Positions 8,013 through 16,795 of a DNA stretch of 64,000 bases are shown here, one piece after another. Each line of letters opens with the position of its first letter. Positions within the stretch are counted from its first letter, which is position 1. The translations under genes and the position numbers were made by a program. Under the pieces are notes generated by a model. It did no database searches, was not told where the DNA came from, and worked only from the letters and a program-made list of their open reading frames with translations. Source of the DNA: a virus (taxonomy: Duplodnaviria; Caudoviricetes); the IMG/VR virus record IMGVR_UViG_3300021387_000661, positions 64,001-128,000 of that record. One strand, written 5' to 3'.

Positions 8013-10769
8013 ATGAGTACAACCAATGAATCAATATGGAATGACATCAGGAGAAGAGGTAATGGTTCTGATGTGAAGAAAGAAGATGATGTGAATCTTC
8101 TAGATATAGATGGACTCTATGATTATATCAAATCCAAATATGAGAAATATGTATTTGATTTAGATAAGGACACATTTGGTATATTAAATAAAAGGAATAT
8201 TGTTGTAGATATAATATCCAATGTGAGTCTGTTTACATCATATGATAAAAGTGGTAAATTGGATCACATTCTTTTATCTTGGACAAAAGTAAAGATAGGA
8301 ATGCCATTCTTTGATAAACTTTCAGAAAGGTTTAATGTACAATCACCAAATGTGTGTAGAAGAAGGATTACTGAAAAGGATGGTACCTGTACAAACCAGA
8401 CATATATAGATGTTATTGATTTCTTTTTGAAAAATATGGACAATATGTTAGTTAATGAATCAATATGGAATGACATTAGAAGAAGAGGTAATGGTGATGG
8501 CGTCAAGCAGGAAGAATTTACAGAAGAATTTATAGATAAAGTAAAATCGGATTTAATTTGTTTTACTATGTCAGTTGTAAATTATATAGAGAATTATGAA
8601 CTGACATTTGATGGTTTTTACAAGTATTTGGAAGAAATTGAGAATCCAGATGAAGTCAAAAAAATCATTTATTATGTAAAAACTCATAAAGATGAATGTG
8701 ATAAACTTTTAGAAAAAGACATCAAATTTGAAAATAAATTACTAGATGAAAAGATTAATGTCTATTTATTGAGATTTGTTGACAATATTGTATATGATGA
8801 AAAGTATCATAATACATTGTCAGATATAAAAAAGTTTGCATCTGAAATTTTTAAAGGACATAAAAGTTCATATGATTTCCATATAAACAAAAAACTGGTT
8901 TTTAAGGATAAGTCTGAATTGTTTAATGACTATATTGAAGATAAATGGGAAGACGGTTCTCTTAAACAAAAGATTGATGATTTGATTAAAAATGAAAATG
9001 ATGAAATATCCAAATATGGATTTGTAAAAGAACCAGGAAAAACCATATCTGAAACAGTTAATGATTGGTGGTATTCATTGGATGAAGACAAAAGAAATGA
9101 TTTGGGATGGGATGAATTTGGAGAAGATGCAGAAGGAGAATACTATTCAGATCACAATCCTGATTATAATGAATATACTGGTGAAGATTTTGAAGCAGAT
9201 GAGTGGTGGGATGATGCATATGGTATAAGAAGGGTTAAAATCTATTGTAGTGAACATTCAAAAACAAATGAGTCAGTTTGGGGTGACATCAGGAAACAAG
9301 GTCTTGGAGATACCTTAAAGAAAGAAGATGATCCATTTGTAGATAGAGATATAGATTCTTTATCCAAGTATGAGTTCTGTGATTATTTGAATTTTCATTA
9401 TGAACCACTTATGGGAAGGAGTATTCACACAAATGAACATACAAGAGAAGTGACAATACCTATATACATCCATCAAGGATATGCACATATGTATGCAACA
9501 TTTAATGATGATTCAAAACTTGTAGATATAAGTCTTCCTCTTACACAAAAAAATCCTCCAAGATTATATAATAGGATGTGCAAGAAATTTAATGTTATCC
9601 ACACAAGGCCACACTGGTCATATATTAAACCAATTGATGGTGATGAATTGACCAATACATTTTGTCTTGAAGTGATTGATTTTATTCTTGAGAATGTTAA
9701 TCATCCTTTACTGAAAAAGATTGTCTTACACAAGGTGAAAAAATTAAATGAATCAGTTTGGGGTGACATCAGAAAAAGAGGTAATGGTACTGATGTAAAG
9801 AAAGAAGATGAGATGACACAAGATGATTTGGAAGCACTTAATGATTTTATATTTGGATTTGCAACAAGAGTAGTATGGGATGGAGTGAGGGATTCTTTGA
9901 CAAATTTCTTAAAATATATTGATGAAAATCCTGAAGCACTTGACTGTGACATTGATAGGGTAAAGAAGTATGTTGAAGATAATTGGCATAAAAGTATATG
10001 TGATGATGTTGAAGCAGCAATAGAACAGGAAGATAAGGAAAAAGAAGAAGGTATGAATGAATCCATTTGGAATGACATCAGAAGAAGAGGTAATGGTACT
10101 GATGTAAGGAAAGAAGATGATATGACTTCTGATGATTATAGGAATTTGAAGGTAATATTGAAGATGTTTGGTCGTGAGGTCAGATTCTTTGGTAATCATA
10201 AAAACCAGAAATTCTTTCCAGTAAATGCCAAGAAATATGAAATTACTCTTGAAGACTGTTTGTATTTCATTGATGTACTTGTTGACGGTAAATTTACGGG
10301 TGCTGATTTTTCTAAACTGAAAAGATATATTGAAGTAAATTGGGAACGAGACCCTATGATTAAGAACATTATACAATGGACTGTTGATGGTAAAAATTCA
10401 AAAGAAATTGACCAAGAAATCAGGAATGCCTCAAAAAGTGATGAGTTTTGGGATTTGAATGAATGTGATGGTGTCCCTGGTGGATTAACACCTGCTGATG
10501 TAGGTGGAATGGGATCTGCATATTTTCCTGGACCAAATGGAGAACCTGGTTCCGGAGACCTTCCATTGCCAACTGGAATAGTTTATAAACAAGTTGCACC
10601 TTTTGATACATTTATCAAAATGAGAAGACCAAAAAAGAATAAAAAGAAAAAGTTCAGAAAGGAAGATGAACTATGTGTTCATAGTGAAAATCCACCAATA
10701 TATAGTCATGTTGATGATTTTAGAGATTATGTGGATAGGACATATAATAATATTGATAAAAGGAAATAA
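8013..10769 (+). CDS. Modular polyprotein: five ESxWxDIR-tagged modules plus a C-terminal capsid-N-arm-like segment
   Basis: Tags at ~8025, 8454, 9267, 9747 and 10056; ATG 8013 preferred over GTG 7974 because the promoter lies between them. Confidence 0.8.
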   Translation: MSTTNESIWNDIRRRGNGSDVKKEDDVNLLDIDGLYDYIKSKYEKYVFDLDKDTFGILNKRNIVVDIISNVSLFTSYDKSGKLDHILLSWTKVKIGMPFFDKLSERFNVQSPNVCRRRITEKDGTCTNQTYIDVIDFFLKNMDNMLVNESIWNDIRRRGNGDGVKQEEFTEEFIDKVKSDLICFTMSVVNYIENYELTFDGFYKYLEEIENPDEVKKIIYYVKTHKDECDKLLEKDIKFENKLLDEKINVYLLRFVDNIVYDEKYHNTLSDIKKFASEIFKGHKSSYDFHINKKLVFKDKSELFNDYIEDKWEDGSLKQKIDDLIKNENDEISKYGFVKEPGKTISETVNDWWYSLDEDKRNDLGWDEFGEDAEGEYYSDHNPDYNEYTGEDFEADEWWDDAYGIRRVKIYCSEHSKTNESVWGDIRKQGLGDTLKKEDDPFVDRDIDSLSKYEFCDYLNFHYEPLMGRSIHTNEHTREVTIPIYIHQGYAHMYATFNDDSKLVDISLPLTQKNPPRLYNRMCKKFNVIHTRPHWSYIKPIDGDELTNTFCLEVIDFILENVNHPLLKKIVLHKVKKLNESVWGDIRKRGNGTDVKKEDEMTQDDLEALNDFIFGFATRVVWDGVRDSLTNFLKYIDENPEALDCDIDRVKKYVEDNWHKSICDDVEAAIEQEDKEKEEGMNESIWNDIRRRGNGTDVRKEDDMTSDDYRNLKVILKMFGREVRFFGNHKNQKFFPVNAKKYEITLEDCLYFIDVLVDGKFTGADFSKLKRYIEVNWERDPMIKNIIQWTVDGKNSKEIDQEIRNASKSDEFWDLNECDGVPGGLTPADVGGMGSAYFPGPNGEPGSGDLPLPTGIVYKQVAPFDTFIKMRRPKKNKKKKFRKEDELCVHSENPPIYSHVDDFRDYVDRTYNNIDKRK
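8025..10120 (+). repeat. Five dispersed ~65-bp in-frame repeats encoding NES(I/V)W(N/G)DIR(R/K)xGxGxxxKxE(D/E)
   Basis: Visible in both DNA (core TGACATCAG) and protein; five more copies on the minus strand in 142-3410. Confidence 0.9.
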
Positions 10770-10772
10770 TTG

Positions 10773-10811
10773 AAAAGGAGTGGAGTTATCTACTCTTTTT
10801 TTACATAAATA
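10773..10811 (+). terminator. Intrinsic terminator immediately followed by late promoter CATAAATA (10804-10811)
   Basis: ggagtgga/tctactct stem, T-run, then acataaata. Confidence 0.6.
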
Positions 10812-10840
10812 TCTGTATAGAATGATATGATAAAAAAATT

Positions 10841-11788
10841 ATGGCAGATACCCTTGAAAACTCAATATCACATATTCAGGTAGGCAGTGAACTTCATCCA
10901 GTAGATGCAACTTTTTTAAATGGTAAACAAGACAGTGATTTTCAGGAAAAAAATATAGTCACAACTATAAATTCCGGTTCTACACATTCACAGTATCCAT
11001 CAGCAAGGGCAGTCAACAATAAGATAGCAGCATTGACAGGAGATGCCGCTATTGCATCAGAGGAAAATGGAGTTGTTACATTGAAGGCAGGAGTCGTTGA
11101 AACATCAGGTGTTATTTCCAACAGTAACACATCAGATATCATACTTCATAAGGTTGCAACAACCGGCTCTCCTAATGACATCACAGTTACATATAATGAA
11201 GAGACAGTTTCTTTGCAGACTGCCTTGGCAAATATCAAGACAGGTATTGACACTGCTGCATCAACAGGTACACAGTATATCATATCTACATCCAGGGCAA
11301 CAACACCTAACTCTACCACATATAATGGCCAGACTGGTACACTGTCACCATCATCTACAACAGCAGGTAAGGTATATCTTGTATCCAATGGCAATGACTC
11401 ATATGTTCAGTGGATTACGACACAAAGTGGAAGTAACTATTCTTGGACAAGTCTTGGAAGTACCACTGTTGACCTTTCTGGTGTTGTGAAAATCATCACT
11501 CTTAATGGTAGGCAGTATGCTGTTTCTTCAGGCACCACCCTTATTGACCTTGGCTATGTAGTCACCTCTGTGACGGGTCAGTCTACAATTGCAAACGGAA
11601 ATACTACATATGTTCATACGGTTACAACCACAACCACAGACACATCCACAGGTACAGATACAGTGACTTTGGAGACACAGGCAAAGATGGGTAATGTTGG
11701 AAACAATATTGCAGGACTTGCAGAAGCGACAGATGTGAAGGCAAATTTGGATAATAAGATAATAATAAGGACTTGGTCATCTAATTAA
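10841..11788 (+). CDS. Putative virion structural / fibre-associated protein
   Basis: T/S/G-rich, beta-type composition, YPSARAV motif, follows a late promoter. Confidence 0.55.
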   Translation: MADTLENSISHIQVGSELHPVDATFLNGKQDSDFQEKNIVTTINSGSTHSQYPSARAVNNKIAALTGDAAIASEENGVVTLKAGVVETSGVISNSNTSDIILHKVATTGSPNDITVTYNEETVSLQTALANIKTGIDTAASTGTQYIISTSRATTPNSTTYNGQTGTLSPSSTTAGKVYLVSNGNDSYVQWITTQSGSNYSWTSLGSTTVDLSGVVKIITLNGRQYAVSSGTTLIDLGYVVTSVTGQSTIANGNTTYVHTVTTTTTDTSTGTDTVTLETQAKMGNVGNNIAGLAEATDVKANLDNKIIIRTWSSN

Positions 11789-11790
11789 TT

Positions 11791-12105
11791 ATGAGTTTAT
11801 ATATTGGAAATAAAAAAGTTAGACAGGTTGGGGTTGTGTTTGCAGAAGGTGATACATCTCAATTGAAAGCTGAGAATATCAAGTCAGGAACATCAATACT
11901 TGGTATAAGCGGTACATACACAGGTTCTTCAACACTTGGTGGTGGTGAATCACCAATTACATCAGATACTGTAGTGAGTGGTTATTCCGGTTGGGTTGAT
12001 GGTGTAAAGGTTGAAGGTGGTTTGGATATCAATGTCTATTATACTGGATCATCTGAACCAACATCAGATATTGGAAATGATGGTGATATATATCTTAAGA
12101 AATAA
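11791..12105 (+). CDS. Small fibre-associated protein
   Basis: AENIKSGTSILGISGTY and YYTGSSEPTSDIGNDGDIYL motifs of the kind seen in phage fibre proteins. Confidence 0.55.
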   Translation: MSLYIGNKKVRQVGVVFAEGDTSQLKAENIKSGTSILGISGTYTGSSTLGGGESPITSDTVVSGYSGWVDGVKVEGGLDINVYYTGSSEPTSDIGNDGDIYLKK

Positions 12106-12833
12106 TGATTATGGAAAAGAATATTGCATTGGCTATACAGAAAGAGAAACAATACATTTATGATAAGACACATACAGACAATGTGTTTTTGAATATACAT
12201 AATTATCTTGCAGAAGCAGGATATACAGATTTGGATGAATATAGAAAGGATGCAAAGGATTATTGGGTTAAATCACAGAATTATGAAGTTGTTGAAGAAC
12301 CTGTAATCAATGCAGATGTACCTGTACCTTATTTGACAAATGGAACGCCTGCATTTTTATATACAATCAATTGTGCATATAATTATGCATTCATTCCAAT
12401 GAGTTATACCAATTATGAATTATTGGAACAATATGGTTATACACCTGTTAAACTTGGGTATGAAAATTCAAATGGACCAATCCTTTCAGTAAATGGTGAC
12501 TTGAGGATTTATCTTATGTTTAAAAAGAATGAATATATTGAGATAACATATCATTATTTTTTGATTAAGTTGAAGGAGTATCTTGATGACTATTTTGATG
12601 ATGTTGCAATAAGTAACAATGACATATTGATTAATGGCGAGAAGGTACTTGGTGGTGCAATGATTGAACTTAATGGAATGTTGATAGTTGTATTCCAGAT
12701 TAATTTTGTCAACAAGAGAGAAGACATCATCAACATTTGTGGAATTACTCCTAAAATTCCTGGATGTGTTGATTCATCTGTTGTGACTGCTGAACAAATA
12801 AAAAATGAATTTTTAACATGGCTTACACTATAA
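12105..12833 (+). CDS. Lipoate/biotin protein ligase-like (LplA/BPL fold) protein
   Basis: SNNDILINGEKVLGGA resembles the NDxxxxGxKxxG catalytic-Lys motif; the SGGG motif is degenerate. Confidence 0.5.
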   Translation: MIMEKNIALAIQKEKQYIYDKTHTDNVFLNIHNYLAEAGYTDLDEYRKDAKDYWVKSQNYEVVEEPVINADVPVPYLTNGTPAFLYTINCAYNYAFIPMSYTNYELLEQYGYTPVKLGYENSNGPILSVNGDLRIYLMFKKNEYIEITYHYFLIKLKEYLDDYFDDVAISNNDILINGEKVLGGAMIELNGMLIVVFQINFVNKREDIINICGITPKIPGCVDSSVVTAEQIKNEFLTWLTL

Positions 12834-13309
12834 ATCTTTATCCAACAAGTGATATTTCTTTCAGACATGAATCCAGTAGTGGAAATACTGGTTATAATAT
12901 GATAAATGAGACAGAACCTGATGAGGGTACAACATATATTCAGCAGGAATTGAGTAGCAATAATACAACTGTTATATCACAGTTTAATTGTGCTGCTGCA
13001 ACGGAGGATCCATCAAGACCAACAGGTAAAATAAAGGTAAGGAGTGTAAAAGTTGAAACATATTGGGGTTCTGTTGGTCAAAATGTTAGGTCTGTTACAG
13101 GTACATTGACAACAAGTGTTGCATTTGGTGATGGGAGTTATACTGCTGCCAGTTCAACAGATACACGAAATTCAACTACTATAAGTTATACACTTACAAA
13201 TTCAACATTCAATAATTTATCCATTGTTGGGACAGTATTTGAAAATATTGATGCTCTTGAAGCAAAATTACAATTAAGTACATCTGGTAGATATACCTCA
13301 TCAAATTAA
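12818..13309 (+). CDS. Putative structural protein (possibly the N-terminal part of a gene split at TAA 13307)
   Basis: S/T-rich; in frame with 13316..14242, separated only by TAA TAC ATT. Confidence 0.55.
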   Translation: MAYTINLYPTSDISFRHESSSGNTGYNMINETEPDEGTTYIQQELSSNNTTVISQFNCAAATEDPSRPTGKIKVRSVKVETYWGSVGQNVRSVTGTLTTSVAFGDGSYTAASSTDTRNSTTISYTLTNSTFNNLSIVGTVFENIDALEAKLQLSTSGRYTSSN

Positions 13310-13315
13310 TACATT

Positions 13316-14242
13316 ATGGGTTGGAATACTGCTGTTGGTGGATTAAGAATATCCACATCACATATTGTTCTTGAATATGACTTGGTATTTGATTGTAAGG
13401 CTGAAATCATATCAGGTCATGGTATATCATCAGTGACACCTTCAACAAATCAGGAAGTAGTTGAGGGTGAGAGTTGTACATTTACTGCAACTCTTGAATC
13501 ATCTGAATGGGTATTTGTTGGATGGTATTCATCATCTGATTTTTCTGGTTCTCCGGAATCAACAAGTTTGTCATACACAAAGACAATTACGGAGAACACT
13601 ACATTATATCCAAAGGCAATACACAAGAACAATATACATATATATGGTAATACAGACAGATTCACATATGTATTATCAAGTACATCTGCTCTTGAAAATG
13701 CACAGGTTACACTGACAGTAACACCAACAAACAGTATATATCAGTTCAGTAGTATATATGAGGCTGATGTCAATGGTAACAAGACTGCTGTACATATATC
13801 CAATGACAATCCATATACATTCACAATGCCAGATAATGATGTGTATTTATATGTTGAGGTTGGTAAGAAAGTAAATGTGTATGTTAATTGTCAGAATTGT
13901 CAATTGAGTACAGGTACATCTCCTATAGAGAGTAGTGGTGGTAAAATGGAGACCATAACAATAACATATGATTCTGAATCTGCTGATTGGTCTGGTATAT
14001 ATTCGGACAGGAATTATACAAATAAAGTATCTGACACTACAACATATACTTTTATGGTTGGTGAAAGTGATGTTTATTTGTATGCAAAGGCAATATCAAA
14101 ACAACAGATATATGTGAAGGAGAATGGGGTTTGGGAAGCATATTCAAAAGTATATGTGAAGGAGAATGGTACCTGGGTTGAGAAAACAGATCCATCAGAG
14201 ATATTTGATATTATAAAGAAATATAAAAGAGTAACAGTATGA
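13316..14242 (+). CDS. Fibre/adhesin-like protein with InlB-B/Flg_new-like repeats
   Basis: Repeated units with FVGWY, YTFTMP..DVYLY; C-terminal tandem YVKENG(V/T)W. Confidence 0.6.
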   Translation: MGWNTAVGGLRISTSHIVLEYDLVFDCKAEIISGHGISSVTPSTNQEVVEGESCTFTATLESSEWVFVGWYSSSDFSGSPESTSLSYTKTITENTTLYPKAIHKNNIHIYGNTDRFTYVLSSTSALENAQVTLTVTPTNSIYQFSSIYEADVNGNKTAVHISNDNPYTFTMPDNDVYLYVEVGKKVNVYVNCQNCQLSTGTSPIESSGGKMETITITYDSESADWSGIYSDRNYTNKVSDTTTYTFMVGESDVYLYAKAISKQQIYVKENGVWEAYSKVYVKENGTWVEKTDPSEIFDIIKKYKRVTV

Positions 14243-15306
14243 GAAGTAATGATACACAAGTAGGTCAGCTTGTCATCAATCTTGTAGAAACAAAAAGTCA
14301 GTTTGATGAAATAGCAAGTCAGGAAGGATTGAATGCAAATGAACTTTATCTTATATCCAATGATAATTCAGATCCATTGGTTAGGGTGAGTTATGCAAAT
14401 TCAAAAATCAGTTATACAACAGAAGGAGGTTCTACTGTTGATGTTATTAGTATATCCAATCTTAAATCTGAACTAGGTTTAACAAATGTTGCAACTGATG
14501 GTTCATATTCTTCATTGACTTCAAAACCACAAATTAATGGTGTTGAATTGACTGGAAACAAGACAACAAGTGATTTGGGTATATCATTGAATTATGCAAC
14601 AACACAGATAACAAATAAACCAAGTATTAATAGTGTTACTCTTACTGGTAATTTGACAACATCAGATTTGAATATCAGTTATGGTGATTTGAAAAATCTT
14701 CCTACAATTCCTACTGTATCAAGTACATATGTAACTGGTAATACAGGTGCTGCACTTACATCTGCCGGCGTTGACCAGGCACTTGAAAATTATGTACCAA
14801 AGACCAGGACTGTAAAGGGTGTTGGTGCTCTTGGTGGTGGTGGTGAATTAACAAGTAATAGGGAAATTACCCATAAAGATGCTCCAACAGGATTGTCAAC
14901 ATCGGCAGTAAAGATTGGAACAGATAGATATGGTCATGTTTGTCTTGGTGGTTCAATAACAGCAGAAGATGTAGGTGCAATTCCACTTTCATTATCATTA
15001 TCTGGAACTGCAACAAATATTGATGGTTCAAAGACAAATATTGTTGTATTTGGTCAGCAGTCTGAAACATTTGGTTTTTCTACAACACCTACATTGGGTA
15101 AGACCACCACAATACATTATGTAAATGAGACAGAGAATGCAATAAGCCTAACTATTCCTTACAACTTGGTAAACACCACATATTATAATGGTCAGAAATT
15201 GACAGCAAACAAAGTGGTGTCTATTCCAGTCAATACAAGTAAGAGATTTGATGTGTTGCTTGTACAGAATGGTTCAAATGTTTATGCAATGATAAATGAA
15301 TTATAA
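14239..15306 (+). CDS. Tail fibre-like protein
   Basis: KPQINGVELTGNKTTSDL / KPSINSVTLTGNLTTSDL repeats, GGSITAEDVGA. Confidence 0.6.
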   Translation: MRSNDTQVGQLVINLVETKSQFDEIASQEGLNANELYLISNDNSDPLVRVSYANSKISYTTEGGSTVDVISISNLKSELGLTNVATDGSYSSLTSKPQINGVELTGNKTTSDLGISLNYATTQITNKPSINSVTLTGNLTTSDLNISYGDLKNLPTIPTVSSTYVTGNTGAALTSAGVDQALENYVPKTRTVKGVGALGGGGELTSNREITHKDAPTGLSTSAVKIGTDRYGHVCLGGSITAEDVGAIPLSLSLSGTATNIDGSKTNIVVFGQQSETFGFSTTPTLGKTTTIHYVNETENAISLTIPYNLVNTTYYNGQKLTANKVVSIPVNTSKRFDVLLVQNGSNVYAMINEL

Positions 15307-15336
15307 CACATAAATATTGTATAAAAAGTATAGATT

Positions 15337-16194
15337 ATGAAGATATTTGGATTTGATGACTATCAGGTCTTGAATGAAAGTTTCAAGAGTGGTAAATTAA
15401 GAAATATTATCCAGCAGCATGGAATGCCAAAGTATGATTTGGACAGGAAGTTTCTTTATGACCTCCAGGATGATGATATTCTTGGTGTTATGGATTTTGA
15501 TGAGTGGTATGATTTTCACAGGGATAATAAGAATAGTTATCATATTGCCCTGGAAGATGGTAAGTATCTTGTACTTGGAAACATTGATACATTGAAGTAT
15601 TATGCTGATGATGAGGATTTCCAGGAAGAGTTTAAGAAAAGAAGGGATGAAAGACATCCTGGAAATGAACTCAATGATATTCCTTCATATGAAAGGGAAA
15701 AAGCCCTTGAAGATGAGACTACAAAACACTTCAGGGAGAAGAAGAATGAACTGGAACATAAGAGAAATCTTGAGACATTCAAGACCAATCTTGGTGACAA
15801 TCTTGGAAAACTTGCAGAGACTATAAGGGAAACTTTTGAATCAAATATAGAAGGCAAGATTTCAGACCTTGTTTTAGAATATAATGATAGTGTTTCTACA
15901 GAAATATCTGATGTCTTTGATGTTGAGTTTATGGGTATAACATATAATATTGATTATGATTATACCATCAATATTTCTGATGGATACAAAAAGTATGGTG
16001 CAACATATTATGATGTCACCATATCACCAAAGACAGCAAGAGTATATGATGATGAACTTGGTGATACATTTGATGTAACTGAACTCTTTGATGATCCAAG
16101 TGCTTTGCTGGCAGATTATGATATTGATGATGTGGAAGGAGAGATTTCTGACTACTATAAGTATTATGGTGTAAGCAGAGGAGATTTCTTTTAA
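15337..16194 (+). CDS. Hypothetical acidic protein with capsid-targeting-like propeptide
   Basis: MKIFGFDDYQVLNE|S; own CATAAATA at 15309-15316. Confidence 0.7.
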   Translation: MKIFGFDDYQVLNESFKSGKLRNIIQQHGMPKYDLDRKFLYDLQDDDILGVMDFDEWYDFHRDNKNSYHIALEDGKYLVLGNIDTLKYYADDEDFQEEFKKRRDERHPGNELNDIPSYEREKALEDETTKHFREKKNELEHKRNLETFKTNLGDNLGKLAETIRETFESNIEGKISDLVLEYNDSVSTEISDVFDVEFMGITYNIDYDYTINISDGYKKYGATYYDVTISPKTARVYDDELGDTFDVTELFDDPSALLADYDIDDVEGEISDYYKYYGVSRGDFF

Positions 16195-16232
16195 TGAATA
16201 ATTTTATAAATAAATAAAATAATAGTTAAAGT

Positions 16233-16709
16233 ATGGCATACATTAAGAAATTTAGTGAATTTATAAAAGAATCCATAGATTTTGATTCTTTTGAAGATAT
16301 CAATAGTTTAAGTATTGATGATATTTGTGATTATCTGATAAATGTGTATCCTAAATATCAGAATCCTAATAATCGCCATTATCAATATCCAACAAAAGAT
16401 ATTATTAAACCAAGTGATGATGGAATTTCTATGCAGATTGTAACAAATGTTGACTTTATTATAAGTAATACAAGAGGTCAATATGAATGTTTTTTATATT
16501 TTGATAAAGGATTTCCTGAAGAAAAGAAAAGAGGTTATTTTGATGTAATTACTGATATATGTTCTTTAGAAAAAGATAATGTTGAAGGATTTGAATGTAT
16601 TAAAGTAAGTCCTCTTGATAGTAAAGTTCTCACTCTTGATTTTTGTGTTAATGTTATAGATAGAATTAGTGAAAGTGACCCTGATAATGCATATTATATA
16701 AAGGCATAA
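16233..16709 (+). CDS. Hypothetical protein with capsid-targeting-like propeptide; resembles polyprotein modules 1 and 3
   Basis: MAYIKKFSEFIKE|S; DINSLSIDDICDYL...LTLDFCVNVID vs DIDSLSKYEFCDYL...LTNTFCLEVID. Confidence 0.7.
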   Translation: MAYIKKFSEFIKESIDFDSFEDINSLSIDDICDYLINVYPKYQNPNNRHYQYPTKDIIKPSDDGISMQIVTNVDFIISNTRGQYECFLYFDKGFPEEKKRGYFDVITDICSLEKDNVEGFECIKVSPLDSKVLTLDFCVNVIDRISESDPDNAYYIKA

Positions 16710-16730
16710 ATTTTAGTTAGTAATAAGATA

Positions 16731-16768
16731 AAAGAGCGGGATTTCAATCTCACTCTTTTTCATAAATA
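16731..16768 (+). terminator. Terminator fused to late promoter CATAAATA (16761-16768)
   Basis: aaagagcgggat/atctcactcttttt then cataaata. Confidence 0.6.
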
Positions 16769-16795
16769 CTATATTGAAAATATATAGTTAATATT

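Noticed and set aside
142-10120. The ~65-bp TGACATCAG repeats as a CRISPR array
   Set aside because: Copies are degenerate, in-frame coding, and separated by hundreds of bases of open reading frame; no cas operon is present.
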